Below are positions 40,531 through 53,889 of a stretch of DNA of 64,000 nucleotides, piece by piece; within the stretch, counting starts at the first letter, position 1; every line of letters begins with the position of its first letter. The notes under the pieces were generated by a model that did not search any database, was not told where the DNA came from, and saw only the letters and a list, made by a program, of their open reading frames with translations. The stretch comes from Octopus vulgaris (lineage: Eukaryota): positions 18,786,001-18,850,000 of the forward strand of contig OX597824.1 of assembly GCA_951406725.2 (NCBI GenBank). Reading direction: 5' to 3'. Made by a program: the position numbers and the translations under genes.

Positions 40531-42346
40531 ATTGGAAAATACGACACAGGCTCTCTCCTCTGCTTAGTAGTATCCACAGCCTGCTAGAAATAGGTACGAG
40601 AATATCCCTAAAATTATTCCTGAGCGGTCTAAATCAAGATGGAGATGTTGGGTGATGCGGTGCTAGATATCCTTATAATTGATACCGATGGGATGGTCAT
40701 ATTGGGAAATACGACATAGGCTCTCTGCTCTGCTTAGTAGTATCCACAGCCTGCTAGAAATAGGTACGAGAATATCCCTAAAATTATTCCTGAGCGGTCT
40801 AAATCAAGATAGAGACGTTGGGTGATGCGGTGCTAGATATCCTTATAATTGATACCGATGGGATGGTCATATTGGAAAATACGACACAGGCTCTCGGCTC
40901 TGCTTAGTAGTATCCACAGCCTGCTAGAAATAGATACGAGAATCTCTCTAAAATTATTCCTGAGCGGTCTAAATCAAGATGGAGACGTTGGGTGATGCGG
41001 TGCTAGATATCCTTATAATTGATACCGATGGGATGGTCATATTGGAAAATACGACACAGGCTCTCTGCTCTGCTTAGTAGTATCCACAGCCTGCTAGAAA
41101 TAGATACGAGAATCTCTCTAAAATTATTCCTGAGCGGTCTAAATCAAGATGGAGACGTTGGGTGATGTGGTACTAGATATCCTTATAATTGATACCGATG
41201 GGATGGTCATATTGGAAAATACGACATAGGCTCTCTGCTCTGCTTAGTAGTATCCACAGCCTGCTAGAAATAGGTATGAGAATCTCTCTAAAATTATTCC
41301 TGAGCGGTCTAAATCAAGATGGAGACGTTGGGTGATGCGGTGCTAGATATCCTTATAATTGATACCGATGGGGTGGTCATATTGGAAAATACGACATAGG
41401 TTCTCTGCTCTGCTTAGTAGTATCCACAGCCTGCTAGAAATAGATACGAGAATCTCTCTAAAATTATTCCTGAGCGGTCTAAATCAAGATGGAGACGTTG
41501 GATGATGCGGTGCTAGATATCCTTATAATTGATACCGATGGGATGGTCATATTGGAAAATACGACATAGGCTCTCTGCTCTGCCTACTAGTATCCAAAGC
41601 CTGCTAGAAATAGATACGAGAATCTCTCTAAAATTATTCCTGAGCGGTCTAAATCAAGATGGAGACGTTGGGTGATGCGGTGCTAGATATCCTTATAATT
41701 GATACCGATGGGATGGTCATATTGGAAAATACGACATAGGCTCTCTGCTCTGCCTACTAGTATCCATAGCCTGCTAGAAATAGATACGAGAATCTCTCTA
41801 AAATTATTCCTGGGCGGTCTAAATCAAGATGGAGACGTTGGGTGATGCGGTGCTAGATATCCTTATAATTGATACCGATGGGATGGTCATATTGGAAAAT
41901 ACGACATCGGCTCTCTGCCCTGCTTAGTAGTATCCAAAGCCTGCTAGAAATAGATACGAGAATCTCTCTAAAATTATTCCTGAGCGGTCTAAATCAAGAT
42001 GGAGACGTTGGGTGATGCGGTGCTAGATATCCTTATAATTGATACCGATGGGGTGGTCATATTGGAAAATACGACATAGGCTCTCTGCTCTGCTTAGTAG
42101 TATCCAAAGCCTGCTAGAAATAGATACGAGAATCTCTCTAAAATTATTCCTGAGCGGTCTAAATCAAGATGGAGACGTTGGGTGATGCGATGCTAGATAT
42201 CCTTATAATTGATACCGATGGGATGGTCATATTGGAAAATACGACATAGGTTCTCTTCTCTGCGTACTAGTATCCACAGCCTGCTAGAAATAGGTACGAG
42301 AATATCCCTAAAATTATTCCTGAACGGTCTAAATCAAGATGGAGAC
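40531..42346. repeat. 170-bp tandem satellite, 10 full units plus a partial
   Basis: ATTGG(A/G)AAATACGAC starts at 40531, 40701, 40871 ... 42231 (exact 170 period); diverged extra unit at ~42790-42967. Confidence 0.98.
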
Positions 42347-42750
42347 GGAATCTTTCCGGTTTGAACGGCAGTTTTTAACATAATTTCTAGGTAACTAAAA
42401 AATTTTAAACTTCGTATACTGGTAGAATGTGTTTATAAAACATCTTTTTCTCTTGGCTTTATTGAGAAAATTCTATAGTTTGTAAGATATTTGTTGTTTT
42501 TTTTCTTCAATTTCTGCAATTTCAACCAATCACTGACGTCTATTGAGATAAAAAAAAACATACTGTGCCGTATGAATATGTCCCTCGTTTAAGAAACAGA
42601 TTGAGTTTATTTACATTTCTGAAGAAAAAAAATATACCCTTTACTCCACCCCTAACCCTAAAACAGATTGAAATGCAATAGATCGATACTAGGGTCATAA
42701 TTATGGGTGACAATTTCATATGACACCGCTAGATAAAACCGAAAAGATCC
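42347..42750. mobile_element. Second copy of the GG..CC non-autonomous DNA transposon, at the satellite edge
   Basis: Homologous to 24679-25113; right TIR partly deleted (AAACCGAAAAGATCC). Confidence 0.9.
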
Positions 42751-43097
42751 GATGTGGTATCACAAACCAGCATGGGAAACATGAGAACAATTGTAAAATA
42801 CGACATAGGCTCTCTGCTCTGCTTACTAGTATCCACAGCCTGCTAGAAATAGGTACGAGGATATCCCTAAAATTATTCCCGAGCGGTCTAAATTAAGATG
42901 GAAGACATTGGGTGATGTGGTGCTTGATGTCCTTATAATTGATGCAGATGGGATGGTCATGTTGGAAGTCCTAAGTCTTTTGATCTAAATATGGCGATGA
43001 ATAATTGAATGAAATATAATTGTCCGATGTTGCGGGGACAATGTAAAAATATGTGCCTTGTGATGTTTTATATATATATGTATATATATGAATATAC

Positions 43098-43155
<58 letters not shown>

Positions 43156-43169
43156 TATGGACATTAACA

Positions 43170-43230
<61 letters not shown>

Positions 43231-43357
43231 GTATGTGTGTCTGCGTGTGTGTGTGTTTGACAATCATTAATTGAAAGATCGATCTTGTGGATTTGAGTAG
43301 ATTTGTCTAGAAAGTGGTTGGCAGTAACTTCGAATTCCACTATTTTTGGATTCGACG

Positions 43358-43399
<42 letters not shown>

Positions 43400-43589
43400 C
43401 GTATACATCCGTGTATATTTGTGTGTATATGTATGCATATATATATATATATATGTATGTATGTATGATTTTTATGTACGTCTGGATATTTATTCACAGA
43501 TACATGTGTTTGTGTGTATATGTATGTGGGTGCATAAGTTTAGATAAACAAACGAGTATTTATTCAAGGTTGGTCCATTCTTAACCTGT

Positions 43590-43947
43590 GAAGGCTCAAT
43601 GGCCCAGTGGTTAGGGCAGCGGATTCGCGCTCGTAGGATTGCGGTTTCGGTTCCCTGGCCGGGCGTTGTGAGTGTTTATTGAGCGAAAACATCTAAAGCT
43701 CCACGAGGCTCAGGTAGGGGGTGGTAGCAGAACCCTGCTGTACTCTTTCGCCACATCTTTCTCTTACTCTATCTTCCTGTTTCTGTTGAACCCATATTTC
43801 AAAGGGGCCAGCCTTGTCATACGCTGTGTCATGCTGAATCTCCCCGAGAACTACTTTAAAGTTACACTTCCACGTTATTTTCACGAGCAGGCTGCTCCGT
43901 TGATCGGATCAACTGGAACCCTCGTCGTCGTAACCAACGGAGTGCCA
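43590..43947 (+). mobile_element. SINE family C
   Basis: A box TGGCCCAGTGGTT, B-box-like GGTTTCGGTTCC, tail CCCTCGTCGTCGTAACC.ACGGAGTGCC. Confidence 0.9.
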
Positions 43948-44297
43948 GGATTCCTAACCATACCATCATGCTCTTAAAAATACTATATTAATATTTTCAA
44001 ATCTCTTTCTCGAATTTTTCAGTGTAGACTATGAATTTAGGAAAAGTTGGTCCCTACTTCTAGCCGTCGGGACGAGCTATAGGTTCTTTAGCTAGCTTGC
44101 CTATATACTTGTAAGTTGTGCTGGTTTCCATAATGGAAGCAAGGAAGGCGGTTTCACACAGAACACACCTCACTAGTTACACTTCTGTCTATCAGCACTC
44201 ATCATTGTAGGTTTCCTTCGTAGCAAATTTTTCAGACAAAAAGGAGGAATATTAAGTATACGATGTGTTGATATGTGTACGTATATGTGGATTTAAG

Positions 44298-44346
<49 letters not shown>

Positions 44347-44356
44347 ATGTATGTAT

Positions 44357-44419
<63 letters not shown>

Positions 44420-44582
44420 CAAAATAAGCGACAAGGATATCCAGAGGTAATGCAGTACGATCGTTTCAAGCAACGCCATTTAATTGAACAATGCAATCAT
44501 TACATCAATTTAAATGCCGAGCAATCCTCAGCTGCATAAAGATATAGAATTTAATTAAATTAAAACAGATGGACACATTAGT

Positions 44583-45044
44583 ATAATTCTACCTACAAAC
44601 TCCAAGAAGGTAAGGAGATAGACAAAGAACATGCTGCCTTCACTTCAGCTTAGAAGCTTTATATTACTACATGACAAGGTTTCCCCTTAGTGGCCGGCCC
44701 CCTTAATTGTCAGCTAACATCCTGATTTAAGTTTTCCTTTACAAAATCTCATGATATTGCTTCTAATAAATCTTGATAGTTTTTTTATGACTATACCCAC
44801 TATGATTTCTGTCGACTCCATCAGCCCTATTCCTAACAGACACCACTCCTTGTTCTCTCGGCTTTAGATATACAAGGATTTGATAAAACTAATCTACAAA
44901 TTAAAACTGACCCCATAAAACAGTGACAAGCAAAATCTGTAACAAGTCTTTCTTCCTGATACCTTAGTAACTTCTAAGCTGAAGTGAAGACAGCATGTTC
45001 TTTGTCCATCTCCTTACCTTCTTGGAGATTTTAGGTAATATTAT
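44583..45044. mobile_element. ~460-bp MITE-like element with ~75-bp terminal inverted repeats
   Basis: CTCCAAGAAGGTAAGGAGAT.GACAAAGAACATGCTG.CTTCACTTCAGCTTAGAAG at 44600-44656 and its reverse complement at 44971-45027. Confidence 0.8.
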
Positions 45045-45084
45045 CCAAACCAGATAGGCAATGTATGTTGGTGGTGGCTATCTA

Positions 45085-45313
45085 CGCCGGGCGAAAAACG
45101 TTAGCACGCCGGGCGAAATGCTTAGCAGTATTTCGTCTGCCGCTACGTTCTGAGTTCAAATTCCGCCGAGGTCGACTTTGCCTTTCATACTTTCGGAGTC
45201 GATTAAATAATAAGTGCCAGTTACGCACTGAGGTCGATTTAATCGACTTAATCCGTTTGTCTGTCATTGTTTGTCCCCTCTGTGTTTAGCCCCGTTGTGG
45301 GTAGTAAAGAAAT
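45085..45313 (+). mobile_element. SINE family A
   Basis: Core and tail; short 5' duplication ACGCCGGGCGAAA. Confidence 0.92.
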
Positions 45314-45425
45314 ATGTGGGTGTCTTTTGAATAATTATCTGGATTTAAAAGCCACAGCAGATGCCATGATCGATCTAAGATGTAAGTACAAGAGGTGATC
45401 AGACTCTGCATAAGGAGCAGATTAA

Positions 45426-45547
<122 letters not shown>

Positions 45548-45943
45548 AGTGAAATGATCCGTGATGGTAAGATCAAGAAAACAAGTACTCCATCTGATGA
45601 GAGATAAATAATATTTGATAAACACAATATACGTTTTTATGTGTTACTATTAGTTTCACATGCTGAGAGTGTGCCAGACAGTATTTTTAAACACGTCCTG
45701 TGTCCTAGTACAATCATGGCATAACAAGCTAAAAATGGGACGATAAGATGAGAGAATGAGCGAGAAAAGGCGAGAAAGAAGTTGATCTAAAAGGTGGATG
45801 GTTGAAAAAGCAGAAAGCGGTTTCGCCATATGAGGGGCTACCTGCCAATATTATAGCTGTTAGACTCCCCAAACTGTTTAGTTGCTTTCAGGGGTGAAAG
45901 CTTGTGGTGGAGCAGTCACGCATTTTTTTGGGAAATGCTGATA

Positions 45944-46161
45944 TATTTTTTATTGCCCACATAGAGGGGACAAACAAGGACAGACGAAGGGATTAAGTCG
46001 ATTACATCGACCCCAGTGCGAAACTGGTACTTTATTTATCGACCCCGAAAGGATGAAAAGCACAGTCGACTTCGGCGGAATTTGAACTCAGAACGTAACG
46101 GCAGACGAAATACGGCTACGCATTTCGCCCAGCGTGCTAACGTTTCTGCCAGCTCGCCGCC
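45944..46161 (-). mobile_element. SINE family A with 19-bp TSD
   Basis: TTTTTGGGAAATGCTGATA on both flanks. Confidence 0.94.
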
Positions 46162-46309
46162 GATATTTTTGGGAAATGCTGATAGCAGAAAATTGAAGAA
46201 AATGTCTACTACAAATATAATGAGCAGCATGCCTCATGCTCTTCTCTTTGAATTCTCCATCTCGTGAATGAGTTGCCTTCCGGAGAAAACGAGAGTATAT
46301 ATTGGTATC

Positions 46310-46490
46310 AAAAACTGGCACACGACCAGCAAATTTTGGGGTAGGGGTTTAGTCGATTACATCGACACCCACCTCACCCCAGTACCCAACTGGTACTTGT
46401 CTCATTCACCCCGAAAGGATGAAAGGTAAAGTCGACCTCAGTAGAATTTGAACTCAGAACTTGCGAAATGTTGCAAAGCATTTTGACTGT
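46310..46490 (-). mobile_element. SINE family A (older)
   Basis: CCCCGAAAGGATGAAAGGTAAAGTCGACCTC core. Confidence 0.8.
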
Positions 46491-46535
46491 CAGATAGCCA
46501 CCTTGCTGCAGAGTATATATATTTAGAACTGTGTT

Positions 46536-46766
46536 AAGGCGGCGAGCTGGCAGAAACGGTAGCACGCCGGGCGAAATGCGTAGCCGTATTTCGTCTGTCG
46601 TTACGTTGTGAGTTCAAATTCCGCCGAGGTCGACTTTGCCTTTCATCCTTTCGGGGTCGATAAATAAAGTACCAGTTACGCACTGGGGTCGATGTAATTG
46701 ACTTAATCCCTTTGTCTGTCCTTGTTTGTCCCCTCTATGTCTAGCCCCTTGTGGGCATTAAAGAAA
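46536..46766 (+). mobile_element. SINE family A (MetaSINE-like core), full length, 22-bp TSD
   Basis: TATATATATTTAGAACTGTGTT at 46514-46535 and 46767-46788; core GCCTTTCATCCTTTCGGGGTCGATAAA resembles the Meta domain. Confidence 0.96.
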
Positions 46767-46794
46767 TATATATATTTAGAACTGTGTTGTTATC

Positions 46795-47190
46795 AAAAAT
46801 TCTACATTTAAAGCAATCATATTTTCAAATAGTTAGTACACGGTTTCAAATACAATACAAGACGAGAAAAAACAAAAACCTAATAATTCATTCTTTAGTT
46901 GTCTGACATTTAAATTTGTTTATATTTCTAAAATATTCAGCTTTTATATGTTATAAATTGGACTGGTAATTTTTATGTTTGAATATATTAGAAATATAAT
47001 AAAGCTTTAACAACACGATTTTTGTGAATAATATCTGAATATTTTAGAATTATAAAGTTTCGAATATTTTAGATTTCCAAAACAAAGTGAAATAAATAAA
47101 GAATCGGGTTTTTTTTAATTTTTACTTATACGTTATTTGAAACTGCATACTAAGCTTTTGGAGATATGGATATTTAAGTGGTGAATTTTA
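46795..47190. repeat. Old AT-rich foldback (diverged inverted repeat)
   Basis: TTAGTACACGGTTTCAAATA vs TATTTGAAACTGCATACTAA; TTCTAAAATATTCAG vs CTGAATATTTTAGAA. Confidence 0.6.
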
Positions 47191-47619
47191 ATGATGATAA
47201 TGTGTTACAATATACATAGAGAGGCCAAGGTGGCGAAGCAGAATGTTTAGCGCGCCGGGCAAATTTTTAGTGGTCTTAAGTTCCAACTTTAAGTTCTGAG
47301 TTCAAACAGCTCCAAGGTTGTATAAAATTTTATAATCTCATTCGATGTACATGACCCCCATATCATGTTGTATTGCCCGCCTCTATGTTGGCCCTTTATG
47401 AGCAATAAAGAAAAGAAACAGCTCCTAGGTTGACATGCAAAGCCCCAAACGTCGACGTTTTGTGATCACCATCAAACAACTACCTTAAATTCTCACGTAT
47501 TACTTAGAAATATAATAGAAGTCATCGCTCAAACTCAACAAGCGTAAAATTTGCACATTTTATAGAAAATCGAGAAAATGTGGAAAAAAGAAGTAATCGG
47601 AATTTCTGAGTTGGAACCT

Positions 47620-48075
47620 TGGGAAAGAGTCTTTTACTATATCTTCGGAACGATCAGAACTTTGTGAGTGGATTTAGTAGACAGAAACTGAAAAAATCCC
47701 GTCGTACATATAGGTGAAATTTACAGAAAAACAAAAGACGAAGACAGGTGTATGAACAACAAGCAGGTGTTTTAGTTTGATGCTCGGGAAAGTAAAAAAG
47801 TATTTCATGTTTCGAGATTTCGCTCTTCAGCAGAAAGGAATAAGAGAAAATAAACAGGGAGAGAACGAAAAAACATATAGATTTAGGAGTCAGTGTGTAT
47901 GGAGTTCGTGTGTTTACGTCCCTGTAACATAGGGGTTTAGCAAAAAAGTTCGACAGATTAAGTTCCAAGTTTAATAAAAGAAGAAATGTACTGGGATCGA
48001 TTCGTTCGACTAAAAATTCTTCAAGGGGGTGCCCCAGCATGTCCGCAGTCTAATGACTGAAACAAGTAAACGATA
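47620..48075 (+). mobile_element. SINE family B with a minus-strand H3 repeat (47712-47895) in its internal microsatellite position
   Basis: TTGTGAGTGGATTT..CCCGTCGTA, insert, then GTGTTTACGTCCC..GACTGAAACAAGTAAA. Confidence 0.75.
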
Positions 48076-48327
48076 AAAAATAAACCCCTTTAAATCTATA
48101 ACGGCTCCTGTAACATATTTTTGGCCTATTGCCAATCAATGGTCCTAAAAACGGTTACTCCAAACGTACATATATCTGTATAACATACTGCTGAGCTTCA
48201 CAGAGAATATGGTGCTTCGAAAAGTACCCACGAGGGTATTGTCTCGCATTTGCTTAACAAGAGGTTCAGCGACCAATTTATTGTCATCTTCGGTGAAGGA
48301 TCACAATTTACTCCTCAACAAATTTTG

Positions 48328-48676
48328 ATTGATTGATTGAGACCCCCTTCGGTCATGAATGTCCGTGGGATTGCACCTAGATAGTTACTCTCCGAAACAC
48401 AAGTCCGAACAAGGTTGTTTATGGAAGACCAGCAGTCGCACATGTATACCGGTCTCTCATCTCCACACCACCAGTGTTACCCAAGGGAAAGACAAAAGTG
48501 ACCGATACAGCTTGGCACCATTGATGTCGCAATTCATTTTTACAGCTGAGTGAACTGGAGCAACGTGAAATAAAGTGTACTTGGTCAAGAACACAACACG
48601 CAGCCCGGTCGGGGAATCGAACTCACAACCTCACGATCGTAAGCCCGACGCTCTAACTACTGAAACATGCGCCGTC
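48328..48676 (-). mobile_element. tRNA-derived SINE family E
   Basis: Minus strand has GAGTTCGATTCC B box, GTGTTCTTGACCAAG, tail GACCGAAGGGGGTCT(CAAT)n. Confidence 0.85.
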
Positions 48677-48926
48677 TCAACAACTACTGTGTCAAAATTA
48701 GCAGGAATGCAGGTGAGAAGATAAAATGTACAAGAACACGTGTTTAAAACCTCTGACGTCGCAGATATCGTTTGCTATTGTACAAAAGTCCATTGCTCAT
48801 TAAAGTCTTTTCTACGTATATGGCACTCAGGTAAAGTCGGTTACCTGTGCTTGTGTGCGTCTGTGTGTGTGTACGTGCGCGCTCCTTTCTAATATACAAA
48901 TATACTAAATATACGTTTTTTCTTTC

Positions 48927-49020
<94 letters not shown>

Positions 49021-49022
49021 CA

Positions 49023-49055
<33 letters not shown>

Positions 49056-49070
49056 GCAGGCATATACTTA

Positions 49071-49103
<33 letters not shown>

Positions 49104-49149
49104 ACATACATTTGATAAACATACATATACGCATACTCGTATATATAGA

Positions 49150-49298
<149 letters not shown>

Positions 49299-50514
49299 CT
49301 GTGGGTGTGTATGGATGAGTTCGTCTTAGAAAATATGGCAAATATCACTTTCGCTTTCTTTTATAATTTCTTAACATTAAATTTTTACTCCATGTCGAAG
49401 TTATGTTGTTGTTGTTGTTGTTGCTGCTGCTTACCGCATTGTGCGCATGCGTGTTAAATGTACGCATTCATGCAGTTTTTTAGCTTCTGCTCGGGTGAGT
49501 AAAACAAATTTTTTTTTTCATATCTGCACCACCGTAGTAAACACACGTATGGATGTACGTGTGAGTGCGTATACGTGTATATAATGTATACATGTGTGTG
49601 TGTGTGTGTGTGTATTTATCCAGAGGTACCAATATTTTAAATATATCCAGTAAAAAAAAAGTTAAGAGTTTAAAGTATGACTGATTTTATACCTCGTCCT
49701 ATGTGTCCACTGACACAGGGATTAAGGATGCATCCGCGCATATGCATACACCACACTCATGTATACATGAGGTTACGTTTACTTGCCTTTATATATATAT
49801 ATACATATGTATATATATATTTATATATATATATGCCTTTATATATATGTATATATATTTATATATATGTAGAGCTCTTACTTTATATTCTTTTATGATG
49901 ATACGTAACATGTATACATATATAGGTAACATATATACATGTATATAAATATATATTTATACATATACATATATATATGTATATATATATATATATATGT
50001 GTGTATGTGTGTGTGTGTATGTGTGTGTGTGTGTTTCTTCCGCATTGGTTCCAGGTTCATTTGCTTACATATTTCTGTTGAATACTTTTACCATTCTTCT
50101 TCTTCTTCTTCTTCTTCTTCTTCTTCTTCTTCTTCTTCTTCTTCTTCTTCTTCTTCTTCTTCTTCCTTTCTTTTTCCCTTTCTTTTTTATTTACTTGGTT
50201 TTGTTTTTTCTTTATCTTTTTTTCTTTCTATTTCAATTCTCTGGGATTTTTTTTTTTTTTTTTTGTCTTTTTGCTCCAACTTTCATTTCTTCATTTCTTC
50301 ATTTCTTTTCATCTTTATCCCGTTTCTTCTCCTCCGCCTTCTTACACAACAAAAGGAATCGTGTGTATGTGTATAAGTGTGTGTATATGTGTGCGCGCGT
50401 GTGTGTGTGTGTGTGTGTTCGTGTATTCCTCATTCGTTCGCTTGTAAATTGCCTGTAGACCGTACGCACTCTCAGGCGAAACTCAGAGTAGCATGAGATT
50501 GACCCGACCAAAAC

Positions 50515-50596
<82 letters not shown>

Positions 50597-51386
50597 ATAC
50601 GTGCGCGTGTGATTGAGTATGTGTATGTATGCGTGTATACATTTATATATGGCATGTCGGAGATGTCTTACATGTTTTTCTGCATGTATAGGTATGTAGC
50701 TCCTATCAGTAATGAAAAGTAATATTTGTGGATTAAATAAGAAAAGTGTTTTTCCAGGTTTTTGTTTTAATGTGTGTGTATGTGTGTGTGTGTGTTTAGT
50801 TACTGATCCATACAAGTAGTAGTATTGGAGATGCCTATGAAACTGACAGAGAAGAGAGGTTATGCTTAAAGATTCATTCATATCAAAATTAATTCAGTTA
50901 ACCGGTTTCACAATTACATGATTTTTGAAAAGTCTAAGTCTTGCGCAACGTGGAGTGGTGTCTAACTACATCACTTCAGAAATGATACTGTCTGCCACAA
51001 GGGCTCCACGAACTTCAAACCTTACACTTATCAAATGGTGATACCGACTAAGTGTACTAATTTTAATATGATGAAATCTTCATATCGTTGCTATTATGCA
51101 AAAGTGTCGTAAGTCCAAAACGTTGTTTATCAGAAACCGAAAAAAGTAGTTTCACCATTCCATAACAAAACCGTTGTACTACATATAGACAATTTTTGAT
51201 ATCTTGGCATCTGAAGCAGCTGGAGATACGATAGTCTGACCAAAAGAACCGGCTATTTGAAGCAAAAATAAATATTGAAAAAGATGCATTTGCCTAACTT
51301 TGGACGTACGATAATTTAACATAATAGCAGAGCATTTTCAACTTCATTTATATCTTCATTACTACTACTTATATGGATTACAACTC

Positions 51387-51424
<38 letters not shown>

Positions 51425-51539
51425 CTTTTACCATTCTATCACCTGACCACCCCACTCCATTCTCCAAAAACTAAAACTTCTATAATCTTCCCTGTGCCTG
51501 TGAAATCTTCTAAGGCTTTACTTCCACACACTCCAGCTT

Positions 51540-51806
51540 AATTTAATTCGTCCTTAGACGAAAGACACCTGTTGTTATGTCCTGTTATTTGCATTTGTGT
51601 AACTTTCTCCGTTTTTTCCGTCCTTCTTTTCGTATACTTTCGCTGCTTTCTTCCAAGGAATCTAATGCTCTTAGCTTGGTTTTCCTAGGGGCTGGCCAGA
51701 CTGGAGCAATCTCGAGTATAATCAGCTGAGGAAAGAAAACTCCGAATGACCCGTCCTTGTTTTCTTTGTATTGTCTATCTGGATGTTTTGCGTTCTTGTC
51801 CCATTT

Positions 51807-51810
<4 letters not shown>
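51540..51810 (+). mobile_element. Possible Penelope-like terminal repeat remnant
   Basis: T-rich segment ending in (TA)n, same architecture as H1/H3; no clean hammerhead seen. Confidence 0.35.
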
Positions 51811-51883
<73 letters not shown>

Positions 51884-51894
51884 GTTCTATGTGT

Positions 51895-52047
51895 GTGCCT
51901 GTGGTAAGAAGTTTGCTTCCCAACCACATGATACCGGGTTCAGTCTCATTGCACAGCACATTGAACATGTCTTCTTCTACCACAGCCTCGGCCCGACCAA
52001 AGCCTTGTGAGTGGATTTGGTCGACGGAAACTGAAAGAAGCCCGTCG

Positions 52048-52086
<39 letters not shown>

Positions 52087-52326
52087 GTATATGTGTGTGT
52101 AAATGTGGGTGGTCTTTGCGTTCGTGCTTCTTCCTTACTGCAGCTTAAAAAGCGGCGTTGGTTTCTTTATGACCACGTAGCTTAGCGGTTCGGCAAAATA
52201 GGCTGATAGAAAAAGTACCAGACTCGTAGCAAATGCACTGGAATTGATTCTTTCGACAGAAATTTCCTCGAGAAGGTGCCCGTGCATGGTCACAGCCTAA
52301 TCACTGAAACAAGTAAAAGATAAAAG
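51895..52326 (+). mobile_element. SINE family B (older)
   Basis: GTGGTAAGAAGTTTGCTTCCCAACCACATG..CTGAAACAAGTAAAAGA. Confidence 0.88.
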
Positions 52327-52500
52327 ATATCAACAGAAAACTCGAAAAAGAATTAACAAATGACTGAAACAAATAGAAGAGTAAAAGAGTAATTGACAAT
52401 CTGCTTGTGTATGCTGATGACGTACAGTTATACAGTAACATGATTATTTCTTTATTGCCCACACGGGGCTAAACATAGAGAGGACATCTTGTTTCTTATT

Positions 52501-52530
52501 AACACAACGTTTCGGCCTTCATCAGGTGTC
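52501..52530 (-). ncRNA. Minimal hammerhead-like motif with collapsed stem II
   Basis: GACAC CTGATGA A GGCC GAAA CG TT GTGTT; intact core and stem I. Confidence 0.6.
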
Positions 52531-52605
52531 TTGGGGAAATTTCGAACCTGGGTTCTCATTCCTACGATATTGTTCGATGTTATTATTATTATTATTATTA
52601 TTATT

Positions 52606-53164
52606 GAGTGAGAGAGCAGTTCATGCCATCAAAGTGACCCTGGGGTAAAATATACGAAGCCCAATATACCCATCATGACTACCCATCTGATAAGGGTACA
52701 CCAGGCACATGAATCACAACCATATGTGCGCGACATGGTGATCTCATATCAAGATAAACAGCACATGACGTTGCAGGTGGGGCCCAGTTAGAATTTTCTT
52801 CAGGTTGAGTAGCCCATCCCGCTCAAAAGGACCCTGAATAAGGGTTGTTTAAGGATGTTGAAAGAACCACCCATGTTTCCAGAGGTGAATTATTCAAACC
52901 CCAAAGAATCCCCCTCAACACATGGCTATGATGCTTCCCCCACTACTTCTCCTTGTGATCAGAGATGCACATATCGTCAACCACTAAGGGACATGCTCAA
53001 CTGGTTAAGGTCAAACAACTGACAAGCAAATCTGTAGTATTGAGCAGAATATTTGCTGTAGCCCATCTTTTATACCAAGACAAAACAATGTACATGATAA
53101 CACTTCCAATCAGTTAAGATCAGAAGCCATGAGAGCCACTGCCTGGTACAGCATCAGGGCATTT
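52606..53164 (-). mobile_element. 560-bp (AAT)n-associated element nested in H2 SINE
   Basis: Full-length copy with TTA flanks. Confidence 0.93.
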
Positions 53165-53274
53165 ATTATTATTATTATCATCATTATTATTATTATTATT
53201 ATTCAGGTCACTACCTGGAATCGAACTCTGAATCTTGGGGATTAGTAGCCCGCATTCTTAACCAATATACCATA

Positions 53275-53545
<271 letters not shown>

Positions 53546-53599
53546 AGAAAAATCATTGTTATGAATTTAGAATAAGAAAGCATTGTGTTTATGCATCCA

Positions 53600-53870
53600 A
53601 CTCTCATACATCGCGGATTCTTACTGAGCAAGCTGCACTGATGGTTTGCTTAACGTGAAGAAATGCTTGAGCTGTACATTAGATCATTTCCTTCATCAAA
53701 CCAGCACTGCCTGTAGGAGAGCACAACGTGCTACACATCAAATAGCAAATTGATTGCAGAGCAATGCGAGATGAAGTATTTTGCTCAAGAAACATAACGC
53801 ACCATCCGATCTGGGAATCGAAATCACGACCTCAAGTCGTAAGTGCAAAATCCTAGCCACTAGGCCACAT
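53600..53870 (-). mobile_element. Degenerate tRNA-derived SINE
   Basis: Minus strand TGGCCTAGTGGCTAG, ATTTCGATTCCCAG, TTCTTGAGCAAAATAC. Confidence 0.7.
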
Positions 53871-53889
53871 ACCTTCATACATACATCGC

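Larger units (their letters stand above)
52484..53274 (-). mobile_element. Hammerhead-SINE (H2): tRNA head 53204-53274, (AAT)n, body with hammerhead
   Basis: Head matches 17697 copy; body matches 16800 copy; 560-bp element nested in its microsatellite. Confidence 0.85.

Noticed and set aside
40531-42346. CRISPR-like regular array
   Set aside because: Whole 170-bp units are near-identical with no unique spacers; no cas genes; eukaryotic context
48195-48325. Gypsy integrase remnant (EGSQFT)
   Set aside because: Only a six-residue resemblance, with no supporting frame or LTR
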